A stretch of 64,000 bases of DNA from Squalus acanthias (lineage: Eukaryota). Below, piece by piece: positions 25,041 through 38,340 of the stretch (position 1 is the first letter of the stretch; each line of letters starts with the position of its first letter). Location of the stretch: assembly GCA_030390025.1 (NCBI GenBank), contig CM059432.1:124188001-124252000 (forward strand). The letters are read 5' to 3'. The notes under the pieces are model-generated. The model was not told the DNA's origin and made no database searches. It saw nothing but the letters and a program-made list of their open reading frames with translations. Position numbers and translations under genes: made by a program.

Positions 25041-27740
25041 AGGGGACAAAATTGGGAGAGCTGCCCCACAGACTAGTCAAGCAACAGCCTGATATAGTCA
25101 TACTCACAGAATCATACCTTTCAGCCAATGTCCCAAACTCCTCCATCACCATCCCTGGGTATGTCCTGTCCCACCAGCAGGACAGAACCACCAGGGGTGG
25201 CGGCACAGTGGTATACAGTCGGGAAAGAGTGGCCCTGGGAGTCCTCAACATTGACTCCGGACCCCATGAAGTCTCATGGCTTCAGGTCAAGCATAAGAAC
25301 ATAAGAACATAAGAAATAGGAGCAGGAGTAGGCCAATCGGCCCCTCGAGCCTGCTCCGCCATTCAATAAGATCATGGCTGATCTGATCCTAACCGCCAAT
25401 CTACTATCTACTATCACAGAACCATCTCCTGCATCTAACAGAATTGCACACACGAAATAGGAGCAGAATCAGGCTACACGGTCCCTGGGCCCGCTCCACT
25501 ACCCACAGGGCCATGACCGATCCGAACCTAGACTCATGTCCAAATTCCTGCCCGCTCCCCGTAACCCTTAATGCCCTTTACTTCTAGGAAACTGTCTATT
25601 TCTGTTTTAAATTTATTTAATGATGTAGCTTCTACAGCTTTTTGGGGCAGCATATTCCATGGACCTACCACCCTCTGAGTGAAGTAGTTCCTCCTCATCT
25701 CAGTTTTGAAAGAGCAGCCCCTTATTCTAAGACTATGTCCCCTAGTTCTAGTCTTACCCGTCATCGGGAACATCCTCCCCGCATCCACCCGATCCAACCC
25801 CTTCACAATCTTATATGTTTCAATAAGATCGCCTCTCATTCTTCTGAACTCCAATGAGTAGAGTCCCAATCTACCCAACCTCTCCTCATATGACCACCCC
25901 CTCATCCCCGGGATGAACCGAGTGAACCTTTTTTGCACTGCCTCGAGAGCAAGGATGTCATTCCTTAAGTAAGGACACCAAAACTGTATGCAGTATTCCA
26001 GGTGCGGTCTCACCAATACCTTGTACAACTGAAGCAATACCTCCCTATTTTTATATTCTATCCCCCTAGCAATGAAAGCCAACATTCCATTTGCCTTCTT
26101 AATCACTTGCTGCACCTGCATACTAACCTTTTGAGAAATGGGAAAGGAAACCTCCTGCTGATTACCACCTACCACCCTCCCTCAGCTGATGAATCAGTAC
26201 TCTTCCATGTTGAACACCAATTGGAATAAGCACTGCGAGTAGCAAGGGCACAGAATGTACTCTAGGTGGGGGACTTCAATGTCCATCACCAAGAGTGGCT
26301 CGGTAGCACCACTACTGACCGAGCTGGCCGAGTCCTGAAGGACATAACTGCCAGTCTGAGCAATACCGTCCCATCAGTCTGCTCTCAATCATCAGAAAAG
26401 TGATGGAAGGTGACATCGACAGTGCTATCAAGTGGCATTTACTCACCAATAACCTGCTCACTGATGCCCAGTTTGGGTTCCGTCAAGACCACTCGGCTCC
26501 CAAACTCATTACAGCCTTGGTCCAAACATGGACAAAGGAGCTGAATTCCAAAGGTGAGGTGAGAGTGTCTGCCCTTGAAATCAAGGCAGCATTTGACCTA
26601 GTGTGGCATCAAGGAGCCCTAGTAAAACTGAAGTCAATGGGAATCGGGAGGAAAACTCTTCACTGGCTGGAGTCATACCTAGCACAAAGGAAGATGGTTG
26701 TAGTGGTTGAAGGTCAATCATCACAGCCCCAGGACATCGCTGCAGGAGTTCCTCAGGGCAGTGTCCTAGGCCCAACCATCTTCAGCTGCTTCATCAATGA
26801 CCTTCCCTCCAACATAAGGTCAGAAATGGGGATGTTCGCTGATGACTGCACAGTGTTCAGTGCCATTCGCAACTCCTCAGATAATGAAGCAGTTCATGCC
26901 CGCATGCAACAAGACCTGGACGACGTTCAGGCTTGAGCTGATAAGTGGCAGGTAACATTTGCGCCACAGAAGTGCCAGGCAATGACTATCTCCAACAAGC
27001 GAGAGTCTAACCACCTCCCCTTGACATTCAACGGCATTACCATCGCCGAATCCCCCACCATCAACATCCTGGGGGTCACCATTGACCAGAATCTTAACTG
27101 GACCAGCCACATAAATACTGTGGCAACAAGAGCAGGTCAGAGGCTAGGTAGTCTGCGGCGAGTGTCTCACCTCCTGACTCCCCAAAGACTTTCCACCATC
27201 TACAAGGCACAAGTAAGGAGTGTGATGGAATACTCTCCACTTGCCTGGATGAGTGCAGCTCCAACAACACTCAAGAATCTCGACACCATCCAGGACAAAG
27301 CAGCCCGCTTGATTAGCACCCCATCCACCAGCTTATACATTCACTCCCTCCACCACCGGCGTACCATGGCTGCAGTGTGTACCATCTACAAGATACACTG
27401 CAGCAACTTGCCAAGGCTTCTTCGGCAGCACCTCCCAAACCCGCGACCTCTTCCACCTAGAAGGACAAGATCAGCAGGCACATGGGAACACCACCACCTC
27501 CAAGTTCCCCTCCAAGTCACACACCATCCTGACTTGGAAGTATATCGCTGATCCTTCATCGTCGCTGAGGTCAAAATCCTGGAACTCCCTCCCTAACAGC
27601 ACTGTGGGAGTACCTTCACCACATGGACTGCAGCAGTTCAAGAAGACGGCTCACCACCACCTTCTAAAGGGCAATTAGGGATGGGCAATAATTGCTGGCC
27701 TTGCCAGCGACGCCCACATCCCATAAACGAATAAAAAAAA
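25041..27740 (+). mobile_element. CR1/L2-group LINE (Crack/Zenon-like), internally deleted, interrupted by a CR1
   Basis: APE remnants (QQPDIVILTESYL, GDFNVHHQEWL), RT (QFGFRQDHS, GVPQGSVLGPTIF, FADDCT) and a 3' tail ending in an A-rich run. A large deletion lies between APE and RT near 26360. Confidence 0.9.
25292..26132 (-). mobile_element. CR1 LINE 3' fragment nested in a LINE
   Basis: Open ORF2 C-terminus (KKANGMLAFIARGIEYK..LVRPHLEYCIQFW) and an (cataagaa)n tail. Confidence 0.95.
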
Positions 27741-27985
27741 TGTTCTGCAATGGCCATCTCAAACCAGTTACTCAGCAGTTCCTCCACTGCAGGGTCATAA
27801 CTAGATGCCTCAGTATAAGATTGTGCTGCAGGTCCCTTCTTGTGGCTTCTCTTTCATCTCAGATTCTACTTCAGTATCCAAAGGGTCAGATTCAGACTCT
27901 GCCCCAGCAGTCGATGAAAGGTGTGAGATCCAGTTTTGTGTCCTCCCTTGCCAGGTGCTCCATTGTGGTATTTACTCTGTTTTCG

Positions 27986-28215
27986 CAACAACAACTTGTA
28001 TTTATATAGTGCCTTTAATGAAGCGAAACGTCCCAAGGCGCCTCACAGGAGCGATATCAATAAAAACATTTTTGACACCAAGCCACAGAAGGAGACAGCA
28101 GGACAGATGTCCAAAAGCTTGGTCAAAGAGGTAGGTTTTAAGGAGCGTCTTAAAGGAGGAGAGAGAGGTAGAGAGGCCGAGAGGTTTAGGGAGGGAATTC
28201 CAGAGCTTAGAGCCA
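27986..28215 (-). mobile_element. L2 LINE 3' end
   Basis: Encodes KLWNSLPKPLGLSTSLSSFKTLLKTYLFDQAFG and ends in a (ttg)n tail. Confidence 0.88.
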
Positions 28216-28373
28216 AGCAATACAACAAGAAGGCATGTTTTTTCACCATTAACATCTTTCTATGTTAAGTCGGGAAAGGCAGGTTGTCACGTAAGGCATT
28301 CAAATGCATGCAAGGAGCACCACTCACTGGCTTCTCACCACCAATGATTTTTAATGATCGGAAATACCTGATC

Positions 28374-28432
28374 ATAGAATCATAGATTTTTACAGCACGG
28401 AAGAAGGCCATTCGGTCCATCGTGTCTGTGCC
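28374..28432 (-). mobile_element. CR1 tail remnant
   Basis: catagaatcatag..tacagcacggaagaaggccattcgg. Confidence 0.6.
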
Positions 28433-29063
28433 TGATAGGACAGCAGAGGATTTTTTGAACTTTGGGACCAGCCAAATGGACTGTAATTGTCTTTTTCTGC
28501 TCCACTCCTATATTATTCTCAATCATTAACATGCGAATAATGGTACAGCAGGCACTAGAGTTTCTTTGGGAACAGATACTTTCATACTATAGTCAGCATC
28601 TAACTTTCCCAGTGTGAGACCACTCCTTCCAAGGAATTTCCATGCTACGAAGAAAGTCTGCCCCTTTTTACCGTGTTTATTAGCGCAAGGCAACACCTGG
28701 GGTATGCTGCTAACTTGCAGATAAAGATCTGAAACATATTGGGGGGCTAAATTGGATCGTCGCCGAAAATGGGCACGGGGATCGCGATGTGCGATTACTC
28801 CACGCCCGTTCAGTGTAATGAAGGCAGCATGCCATCTTTATGCTACCTACTCGTTATCATGATTTCTGCATGCAGCCAGCGCTAACTGCGCTGTTCATTG
28901 GCTGCACGCATCAGCAGGGGGGGCCAATATCGTTACTTGCTAGCACTACTTAAAGTGAGCCTGCACTGTTTAAAACTAGCCTGCACCTCTTAAAGGGAAG
29001 GTGCATTGTGGCTGCTGGAGGTGCTGACATCATTGAGAATAGTGTGCTGTGCAACAAACAACA

Positions 29064-29670
29064 ATGGCTGAACATGGGAGAGAGCGTGCACCAAGGGTTT
29101 CGGACGCTGCATGGGAGGGCTTGGTAGAGGAGGTGGAAAGGAGGAGAGATGTCCTGTATCCGCAGGGGGACAGGAGGCCCTCCAGACACACGGTGAGAAG
29201 GCAGTGGGAGCAGATAGTTAGGGAGGTCAATACCAGGAGTTTAGCCCCGAGGACCTGGATGCAGTTCCGCAAGAAGTTTAATGACCTCACACGAGTGGTC
29301 AAGGTCAGTGAATGCAGTTTCAAATCACACCCTACCAACTGCACCACTAGCCTCACCCACTGCTCAATTCACGACATCCCCATGACTCACCTACCAACAA
29401 TCTCTATCAATCAGGATTCATATCTAACATTCATATGCTTCACCTCACCCTGACACACTTGGCACTGTTGCAAGCCTCACAGCTTGCACACACTGGCAGC
29501 TATTCAACCATGACAGCCACATCACCCAAACAGATTGCCCGACACTCACTGGCACTCTTCCTTCTCTCTTGCAGGAGAAGGTGGCTCACAACCAGAGGCA
29601 GCAGGAACTAACTGGAGGGGGAGAGGTGCGCCTGCATGTTCTAACCCCCATGGAGGAGACAATGTTCGAG
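29064..29670 (+). pseudogene. Harbinger Myb/SANT-like DNA-binding protein, two exons (29064-29303; 29575 to ~29670)
   Basis: MAEHGRERAPRVSDAAWEGLVEEVERRRDVLY..WEQIVREVN..RTWMQFRKKFNDLTRVVK|gtcagt ... ttgcag|EKVAHNQRQQELTGGG. Confidence 0.85.
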
Positions 29671-29994
29671 GTCATCCTCCAAGGCCATGTGCAGTCTCCT
29701 CTATTGAAAGTCACCAGCCTTCCACCAGCCATGCTGCAGCCACTGGGGTAGCACTTCATACGAGTACTAGGACAGGCAAAGGCACATGGAAGACAGGCAC
29801 TAAGGGAATGCACAAGGGTGATTAGTTTAAGTTTGTATGCAATATGGCATGATTTAATTTAATTTATAAATTTGGTTTGCAATGTTTATTTGTGTTTTAT
29901 TTTTGCATTGTGCCAAGAGGACGATGTGATGGTCAGTGACAGAGGGAAGGTAAGGAGTGTGGGACTGTTGGTGAATGGGGAATTGGGGTTGAGG

Positions 29995-30797
29995 TTACTG
30001 ATATCGCACTTGAATTAGTTCTTCATGTACAGCCCAGGCAGAAAGGGGCTGTCTAGGTTGCAGCCTCCCTTCCTCTTCCTCATTCTCCTCTTCCTCCTCC
30101 TGCTCCTGCTCCTTAGCTTCTCACCTGATAGGTGGTGGCAAGGGCTGCTCCCTCACGATGGCAATGTTGTGCAGCACACAGCATACTACCACAAATCTTG
30201 AGACCCGCTCAACCGAGTACTGCAGGGCTCCTCCAGAGTGGTCCAGACAGCGGAATCATTGCTTCAGCATGTCAATGGTCTACTCTGTCACATTTCTCGT
30301 GGCAGCACGGCTCTCATTGTATGCATGAGCCATGTCATCAGCGGATAGCCCTTGTCACCCAGTAGCCACCCTTTGGTTTGCCATGGTGACTGAAATACAG
30401 CTGGCACAGCGGACTGCCGCAGAATGAAGGTATCATGACTGCTGCCAGGATACCGGGCATTGACCTGCATGGTGCGCTGCCTATGGTCGTACACCAGCTG
30501 CACATTGAGAGAGTGGAATCCCTTTCAGTTCTGGTACATGGCAGAGTTGACATGCGGCCCCCGCAAAGCAATGTGCGTGCAGTGAATGACACCCTGCACC
30601 ATGGGGAAGCCTGCATACCTTGCAAACCCTTGTGCTCGCTCCGCCTGCTTCTCTCTGGCAAGAGGGAATGAAATGAAGTAATCTCTCTCTCTGAACAGAA
30701 AATCTCAGTGACCTCCGTTATGCAACAGTGGACTGCAAACTGCGAGATGATGCTAATATCTCCCACACCAGCCTGGAAGGAGCCAGACGCATATAAG
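29995..30797 (-). pseudogene. HARBI1-like DDE transposase remnant
   Basis: [80 protein letters not shown]. Contains frameshifts and stops. Confidence 0.9.
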
Positions 30798-31539
30798 TTA
30801 TCCTAATAAAAATAAACTGCATGGGATAGCAAGTTAACTGAGGGTGGGAAGGAAGGAAGGGTGGCCAGCAGTGGTCATTTTTTTTTTTGCTTCCCTGCTG
30901 GTTGAAGAAAACACTCCACATTACATCACAGAAGGGGTTGTGAACCAGCAAGAGAAACAATATCAGATTATATGTAAATTCAGACAAAATTAAAGTCTAT
31001 TTTGTACATTTAGATTGAGAACAAGTCAGATACTGAAAGGCAAGAGATGTGCGGTTATTAAGTTTTATAAATGATAAAGATAATCTTACAGGCAAGAAAG
31101 GGGTTAATTGAATGAGCAGATAAAATTGGCCAGTGGTCTTCTCCTGTCCAAAATAAGATTCCTTTTGATTCCAATCAACACTTTTTTTTTAAACAGTAAG
31201 AACTTTTGATTGGCATGCAGGTTAGCAATATCTGCACACTCTTAATATTGATTTATTTGTTAATTATAAAGTCTATTGACTTTGGCAGCATGGAACTCTA
31301 GTTTCTGTGCTGCTGAAGGCAGTACCTGGAGAAACACTCCTGTTTTAAGCTTTAAAGAAGCGTGCTGAACACATCAGGAATACTTAACAGACAGGCCCCA
31401 TGCTGATGCACCCCCGCAAACTGAATTATTGGTCTTCATTCCGTATTATCTTTGTTTACTGCATACTTAGGCACAACTCCTATTGATCAATCATACTAAA
31501 AGAATGTCAACCTGCATTGGAAAAAGCACTAAGTCCCAT

Positions 31540-31850
31540 TGTAAACTAGAGGTTAAACCAGAATACCAATCCTACCAGCACCTGTTTCTTAAATGAATTC
31601 AAGCATCTTCCCTGGCAACCATTTCAGCTGCTGATCACCCTCTTTATGAACAAACTCTTCCTGAGGCCTGTCCTAAATTGGTCCTTCATAACCCTGAACC
31701 CGAACCATCTTCCCCTGCTTCCCTAGCATATCTGAAAGTATACTTTATCTATCCCATTAAGTATTTCATATACCTCCATAGGTCCTCCTAAAAACATCCC
31801 TCTTTAAGAGCACTAGCCTATCAAGTCATTCTCCTCTGACACCAGGGAGC
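31540..31850 (-). mobile_element. Highly decayed CR1 fragment
   Basis: Residual similarity to the CR1 ORF2 3' region (atacctccataggtcctcct, caaactcttcctg). Confidence 0.45.
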
Positions 31851-32389
31851 ATCTCAGCACTGCCTCTAGGGCACTTTGTTGTGAAGATAGACCTGAGCTT
31901 GGATTATCTGAAACTACATTAGTTTTTGCAAACTTTTAAAATGAATTCTTATATAGCTTTAGTGGAGAGGAATCATGTTACAGAAAGTCTAGTGGAAGGA
32001 GTATCCAGTTGCTGATCTTATATTAGGGGTTTATTTGTAGGAAACAGCGCATGAATTGGAGAGAGGATATGCAGCTAGATTGTGGTGTCTATTCAGTGCT
32101 TGTACTCCCATGGGGAGAAGGGACAGGTAACCTTGTGGTGGTAATGCATCAATGAAAGTCAAAATAAAGGGACAGATATTACTCATGCATTTCAGTGCAG
32201 TTGAAAACATGGATCCCTCACCATGATATGTTAAACAGAATCAGGCTTCCACCAACCCAGATGGTAAACATGAAATTCAGAAATTACCTTGTCGGGTATC
32301 ACATCTTCAGACCCTTGTATCACCACTGTGCAATCATTTATATATTATATTCCACCATTTAAACACGGTGCACATTCTAAAATAATGAA

Positions 32390-32780
32390 AGTTCACTGTA
32401 GGTTGAAGAGCAGGCATTAGGGCCTGTGCTAATAACCACAGATGCCAGTTGCACTCCAGTGCCTACCCAAGTGACCATTCTGCATGCGTAACCTTAGAGA
32501 ATGAGTATTAGTACATTATTTGACTGCGATGGACATCACAACTGAGCCTGCTCTGTCCTCACCAGATAGCCACACATGCATACTTTCCAGCAGGGGCCAC
32601 TGAATAGTGGTTAGCAGAGAAAACCCAGGCTATTTTTCTCCTCCACAGCTCCAGGGCACTGAGGGCAATTGTAGCATCCCTACTGCCACCCTGACAGAGA
32701 CTAGGGATTGAACCTCAGATCTGCTTGATCAGTGTGGCTTAGTTACATCCTGCCTTTAACAGCAGAGCCATTGAGGAACC
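32390..32780 (-). mobile_element. Old tRNA-SINE-like repeat
   Basis: B-box-like ggttcaatccc on the minus strand. Similar to ~10780-11000 and 5450-5670. Confidence 0.5.
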
Positions 32781-33569
32781 CTGCACACTGTAATTCTGTA
32801 CAAATCTGCATATTTACTGAAAAAAGTGCCGCAAGCAAAGAAAAAGATGAAATTCATGAGCACTGTGGATGACTGAACCTGGTTTTAATGTATCTTTGAG
32901 TTTTATTCGGTGATAATTCAGTATTCTAGTCATTAACGACATTCATTTTTTACTGTGACCTTATTCTAAAGAGTGTGATTCTCCTATAACTACATGAAAC
33001 TTGGTTATAATGTGATAATTTTCCTCTTGTAGGAATTTTCCTCTGTGGCTTGATCCTCAATAATGAATTATGACAAGGCTCTCAGATATACCCTTGTAAA
33101 GATTATTGTAGAATTACTTCTTAATTGAGTAGTCCAAAACATTGTAAAAAAAATTGACTGCATAATAATAAATGCATTTTCTCATAAGGAAGTCTCAACT
33201 ACTTACATGAACATCTTTTTGAAACGAATTTCCTCATGAGGAGGAAAACAGCTGATAAAATCTAAGAATGACTTGTTACATTAAGATAGTTTTGTGATTT
33301 ATTTTGGAAGGTACGCTGATAGTGGAAGCACCCAGAGTTTGTAGGCCTACTGCCCCGTTTACACGGGCAAAATTTGAAAAATAAATTCCTGCCCATTTTG
33401 ATATTTGAGTGGGCCTCGAAATGGGCAGCCAGCGCTCCCACAGGCAGGAACCTTCTTTAAATATTTAAATCAGAGTCCCACGCCTACTGTAGGATAATGA
33501 GTAATGCTGAAATGTAGACATCTATCAGCACAAATCAAGTGGACATCATCACAATCATTACCTAAAAAT

Positions 33570-34550
33570 CATCATTCGAAGAAGAGCAGGCGAGTTCTCC
33601 CCGATGCCCTAGCCAATATGTATCCCTCAACCAACATCATTAAAACAGATTGGCCCATATTTTCTGACCCCCACGGGTGTGTACGAGGTGTGTACGCGCC
33701 CATAGGGGCTGCGCAAGTTCCGGGTTTAGGCATGCGCTAAAACCCGGAACTTGTGATCTGTCAAGAATTCTCTTGACAGATCATCCGCATCCCCAGGAAA
33801 AGTGCCTCTGCGGGTGGAGAGTTGCGCTATTTGCTCAACTGCCGCCCACTGAAAGGCCATAGAATTCCCGGTAAAAGCATAAGAGCTTAAAAAAATAGAA
33901 AAGTAAAATTTTATCACTCACTTATAAATTAAAGACCCTGTCCAATAAGGTAAGTTTAATTTAAGCCCCGTTAAAACATATAAAAAAAAATTCAAAAAAT
34001 TAAATTTTTGTTTAACATTAAATGCCATTTTAATTAATGTTATATATGTAATGGTTTTTCTTTATTTATTTCAGTGTGTTGGTGCATTTTTGCAGTCATC
34101 CCCATTCATACTTTTGACAGTTCTGTGCGTACGGAACTGTTAAAAGTATGAAGGGGGATTCCCTTCTTCCATTGGTTGAGCTGGCCCACGTGATCCCAGG
34201 GGTGCTTGCGAACCGCATGCACCCCTGGGATACGTGGGCCTCTGCGCATTTCCAAGAGGAGAGGCCCCAGGATCGGAAGCCTCTGTATCTCCGGGACCAG
34301 CAGGTAGGTTCGTAGATTTTTCGCTGATCGGAGGCATCCAACCGCAGGAAGCCTCCGATCAGAAATTCAGGGCCATCATCTGGTCAATTATCACGTTGCT
34401 GTTTGCGGAAGCTTGCTGTGTGCAAATTGGCTGCCATGTTTCCGACATTACAACAGTGACTACACTTCAAAAGCACTTCATTAGCTGTAAAGCACTTTGG
34501 GACGTCCTGAGGTCATGAAAGGCGCTATAGAAATGCAAGTCTTTCTTTCT
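33570..34550 (+). mobile_element. DeuSINE 3' part split by a MITE
   Basis: Colinear with 18290-18533 on both sides of the 33652-34374 insertion. Confidence 0.85.
33652..34374. mobile_element. MITE inserted in a DeuSINE
   Basis: TIRs ggcccatattttctga / tcagaaattcagggcc. Flanks ATT/ATC. The host SINE rejoins as cagattatctgg. Confidence 0.8.
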
Positions 34551-34879
34551 TAAAAACCGATAGAGCTGATGCCTTATTTTCCTCCAGGCTGCTGTCAGAT
34601 GATAGCTATTAACGTACAAGATTCTGACATTCATTGCATGTACACAATGTAATTCCATGAATATTTCATTGAAGCCATATGACAACGATACATTCAGTAC
34701 ATTATGAAAAGTTCACAGGGTCAAACGTTGACTCGTTTTACAAGTGTAATTTAATAAGTAAGCTTATAGCTTAGTTAGTAGTGATAAGTACAGAAAAGTG
34801 CAAGGCTCTGCATATTGGAAAGGAAAAAATCAGAAGGTAATCTCTGAATGCTGAAGAAATAGTTAACAGTAGAGAGCCA

Positions 34880-35150
34880 CCAGGCTAATCCCTGTATCAG
34901 AGGACTAAGCTACAAGGTTAGATTAGAGAAAGTGAGGCTCCTCAGCTTTGAAAAATGGTAACTCAGGGAGGACCTTATGAAAGATATTAAATGGTATAGG
35001 ACAAGGGAGCATAGGCTCAAACTGGTAAATAGCAAACTTAGAACTGATGGCGTGGAGAATTTCTTCTCACAAAAATTAATTAACATTTAGAATGGACTTC
35101 TGGGCAGGTTAGTCTAGGCAAAAACCTTAAGAGCCATTCAAGAGCCAGTT
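34880..35150 (+). mobile_element. Decayed CR1 fragment
   Basis: Resembles GLSYKVRLEKVRLLSFEK..GDL and the ..FFSQ..W motif. Confidence 0.55.
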
Positions 35151-35479
35151 GAATGGCGGAGACTATTAATATTTCTTCCCGGAAAAGATCTTCCTCATCT
35201 ATATTTATCTTGTAATCTTGTGAGAATTTACTAGTTTCCAAAGTTAAAAGGAGCTGTATTACCATCATATCTAAAAATGCTGCAATTTTTTTTAAAAGTG
35301 CTGCATTAAAAAAATCTTTTTATTAAAATAATTAGAGACAATCTCTCATTTTACATGAGTTGGACCAATGTTGTGGCCTCAGCTTGCATCTAGGTACCTT
35401 GTGGCTCCCTAAACTTCCATAAAAGCTTGTATTGGATAAATTCCTTTTCATGTGCCCTCCTTTTTTATCTGTTCCTATC

Positions 35480-38340
35480 CTGCTGAAACCTTGTAAATGC
35501 TTTACTTACACTTTGTTTTCTGGTGACTGAGCAGATAATAGTTCATGACACCATCCTCTTCCAACACCTTTCAATCGCCCTGCAGCTCCATTGTACTGCC
35601 TTTGTATGGTTCCAATTCTACTTAGCCAAATGAAGCCAGTGCACATCCAGGAGCGTCTTCTCTTCCCTTCCTCGCAAGGTCACCTCAGGAGTCCCACAAG
35701 GCTCTATCCCTGATCCTGTCTCTTCAGTCTTTACATGCTGCCCCTCAGCGACATCATCTACAGGCACGGGAGCAGCTTCAACATGTGTGATAATGATACC
35801 AAGCTCTAACCACCCACTGCCTCCATTCTGTCAGATTGCCTAGCCAACATCAAATCCTAGATGAGTCACAATTTCCTGTAGCTCAACATCAAGAAAACCA
35901 AAACCATTCTCTTCAGCCCCTGCCATAAATTCTGCTCCCTTGTCGCCAACTCTATTCTGATCCCCAGCCACAAAGTCTGGTTGGCCCCACATCCTATTCA
36001 TCACCAAGACTACTTAGTTCCATCTTCTCACACCATTGCTGCTCAAAATCTTATACATGGCATTTGTCACCTCCAGCCTTGATTATTCCAATATTATTCT
36101 TGCTGGCTTCATATTCTTCCACCTGCTATATATTCAAACTTGTCTCTAATTCTGGCACTCATATCCTGTCCCGCTCCAAGTTCCAATTGGTCAGCATTTC
36201 AGTCTTTGCTGATCTACATTTGCAAGAGCATTAAATTTTAAATCATCATCCTCATCTACAAATCTTTCCAAAGCCTCGCTCCTCCCTTTCCCTGCAATCT
36301 ACTCCAGCCCTGTAACCCCTCCCAAGTGCTCCGTTCCTCTGACTCCCGTCTCTTGTGCAACCCCTTCTTCCACCCCAAACATCAAACACCTAGGGCTGGA
36401 TTTTACCAACCACGGCGGGTCCGTGGCGGGCGACGTCGGTGGCGAGTCCCAGCCTCGCTGCCAGCCCAAGCCCGCTGTCCAAAATGATTTTCCCCTGATT
36501 GGGCTTGTTAAGCCTGCCCAGTGCGTTTCCCGGGCCAATTGAAGGAAGCAGGTCTGATGATGTCATTCGATGATGCGTCATCAGCCAGTTTCCTTAAAGG
36601 GACCATGCGTAAATTAATTTTGACATTTGCGCTGTCAGTGTTCTGCAGCATTGAGGTGCTGCAAACACTGACAAGCACTGCACCAGACATGCAGCACTGC
36701 ACCCAGGCTCTCCTATGACTGGAGGGCGTCACAGCACGCAGGGAGGTTCTCTTCCCTTCCAATGGGCGGAAGAGACCTCCCCAGGAGACCAATGCAGCCT
36801 GGTTGCACATTGCACAGGAGGGCACAAGCAGGGATGTCCTAAGGAGGACCAGGCTGCAGTGGCACAAACCTTTCAATGATCTCAGTAGATCACGAACGTT
36901 ACTGCCAAGCCACACTCAACCTCATCCTGCTGTGCCACTCATCACATCTCCGCCACTCTGCCTTCCCTACCCTACTCCTGCACATCCTTACTCACACAAA
37001 CTTACCTTGAACCTCCACCCATCCCTCTCTATCTACATTATCACTTTTCCATCTCACTAGCCACCCCTCACACTCACCCTCATCCTAGTCCAGTCATACC
37101 AACTAACAACACACAAGGGTAAGCACTTTTGTGTTTTAGCCAATGTTCATGTGAAGTTTCTGTTTATGTGCTGTCAAACATTGAAATCATTATTTTCAAC
37201 AGTTGGACAGATTTGTGTGAACCTTTGGAAATGGCTTAGTGAGTTGCAGTGAATGGTGAGACATAACGGCACCCCCCGCAATGGTGATGAGTGTGAAAGG
37301 AATGGCTTGGCCATTGTAGGGATGCTTTATGGTGTTGGTGTGGGGTGATGCCAACCTGGTGCATCATGTGGCAGCCAGGGTGTACAGCGTCAAGTGAAGA
37401 AAATCTGGCCATGGTGAGGCCATCCCTGGCCTCCCGGGCAGCAATGTGGTCAAGTGCTGATGCCCTCTGTCCTGTGCAGCATCAGTTGATTGCGGAGAAG
37501 GTTGGTGCCGTTGTTGGTGCTGCTGGTGTGCCTGGTGCTGAGGTTGATCGTGGTGGGATTCTGAGGACCAAGGTGAGAGACTATAAACTGTACCAATGCT
37601 GATGGAATAGATGGCAGGTGAGGTTGAGATGACAGAAGCGATCTGTTAATGGTGAGAGAGGTTGTTCCAATGAGGTGACACTGGATAGAGAGTTTGCTCT
37701 AAACACTTGTAACCTGCATAAAGCTCAATCTGTCTTCCAAATGCAGCTTCTGAGCTTAGAAAGTAAACAGCTGTGAGGTGGGAGCTTTTATAGCACATTT
37801 GTAGCTGTCAAGTAATGTGATGATTCCATGGGCATTCAACTCCCACCCTGCTTACCTGACGTGATCCCCGAGCAGCGTAGACCCCGTGGGTGACCTGGTA
37901 AATTCTAAAGGTGAGCTCAAAATAGTTCTTAATCCTCTGTTAACAAGGTCATAATGACCTGAATTGCCTCCCCCGCCTCTGCGTGTTGGGTCTGCTCAGC
38001 GCTGACACACCCGACATTTGGGAAAGGCGCGTGGCGGCGGGTTGACAGTGGGGTCCCGACCCACTGTCAAAAAATTTTTTTCCCACCTGACCCACCACCG
38101 AACGTGCCCGCTGACTCCGCCACAAAATTCACCGCCTAGGTTCTAGTCTCTAGAATGCCATCGTCCTCTCCACCTCTAAAAACTTTCTTAAAACCTATTC
38201 CTTTGCCCAATCTTACAGTCATCCCTCCTAATCCCTGCATTATCGCTTTGGTACCTGTTTGCTTATATCTATTTGTGACGGGTCTTGGGACATTTCATTT
38301 CATTAAAGGATCTATAAAAATGCAAGTTGTTGTAGTTGTA
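35480..38340 (+). mobile_element. Decayed L2 LINE 3' region split by a Harbinger derivative
   Basis: GVPQGS-like motif near 35690 and DNDTKL near 35790. Resumes at 38140 and ends aaatgcaagttgttgtagttg. Confidence 0.75.
36394..38136 (+). mobile_element. Internally deleted PIF/Harbinger element
   Basis: TAG on both flanks and imperfect TIRs. Myb/SANT remnant EGVTARREVLFPSNGRKRP..AAWLHIAQE..RRTRLQWHKPFNDLSRS. Paralog of 21674-23277. Confidence 0.82.

Larger units (their letters stand above)
28741..30800. mobile_element. PIF/Harbinger DNA transposon, decayed, right part missing
   Basis: Left terminus ggggggctaaattgg. Convergent Myb/SANT gene (plus) and HARBI1-like transposase (minus). Confidence 0.9.
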
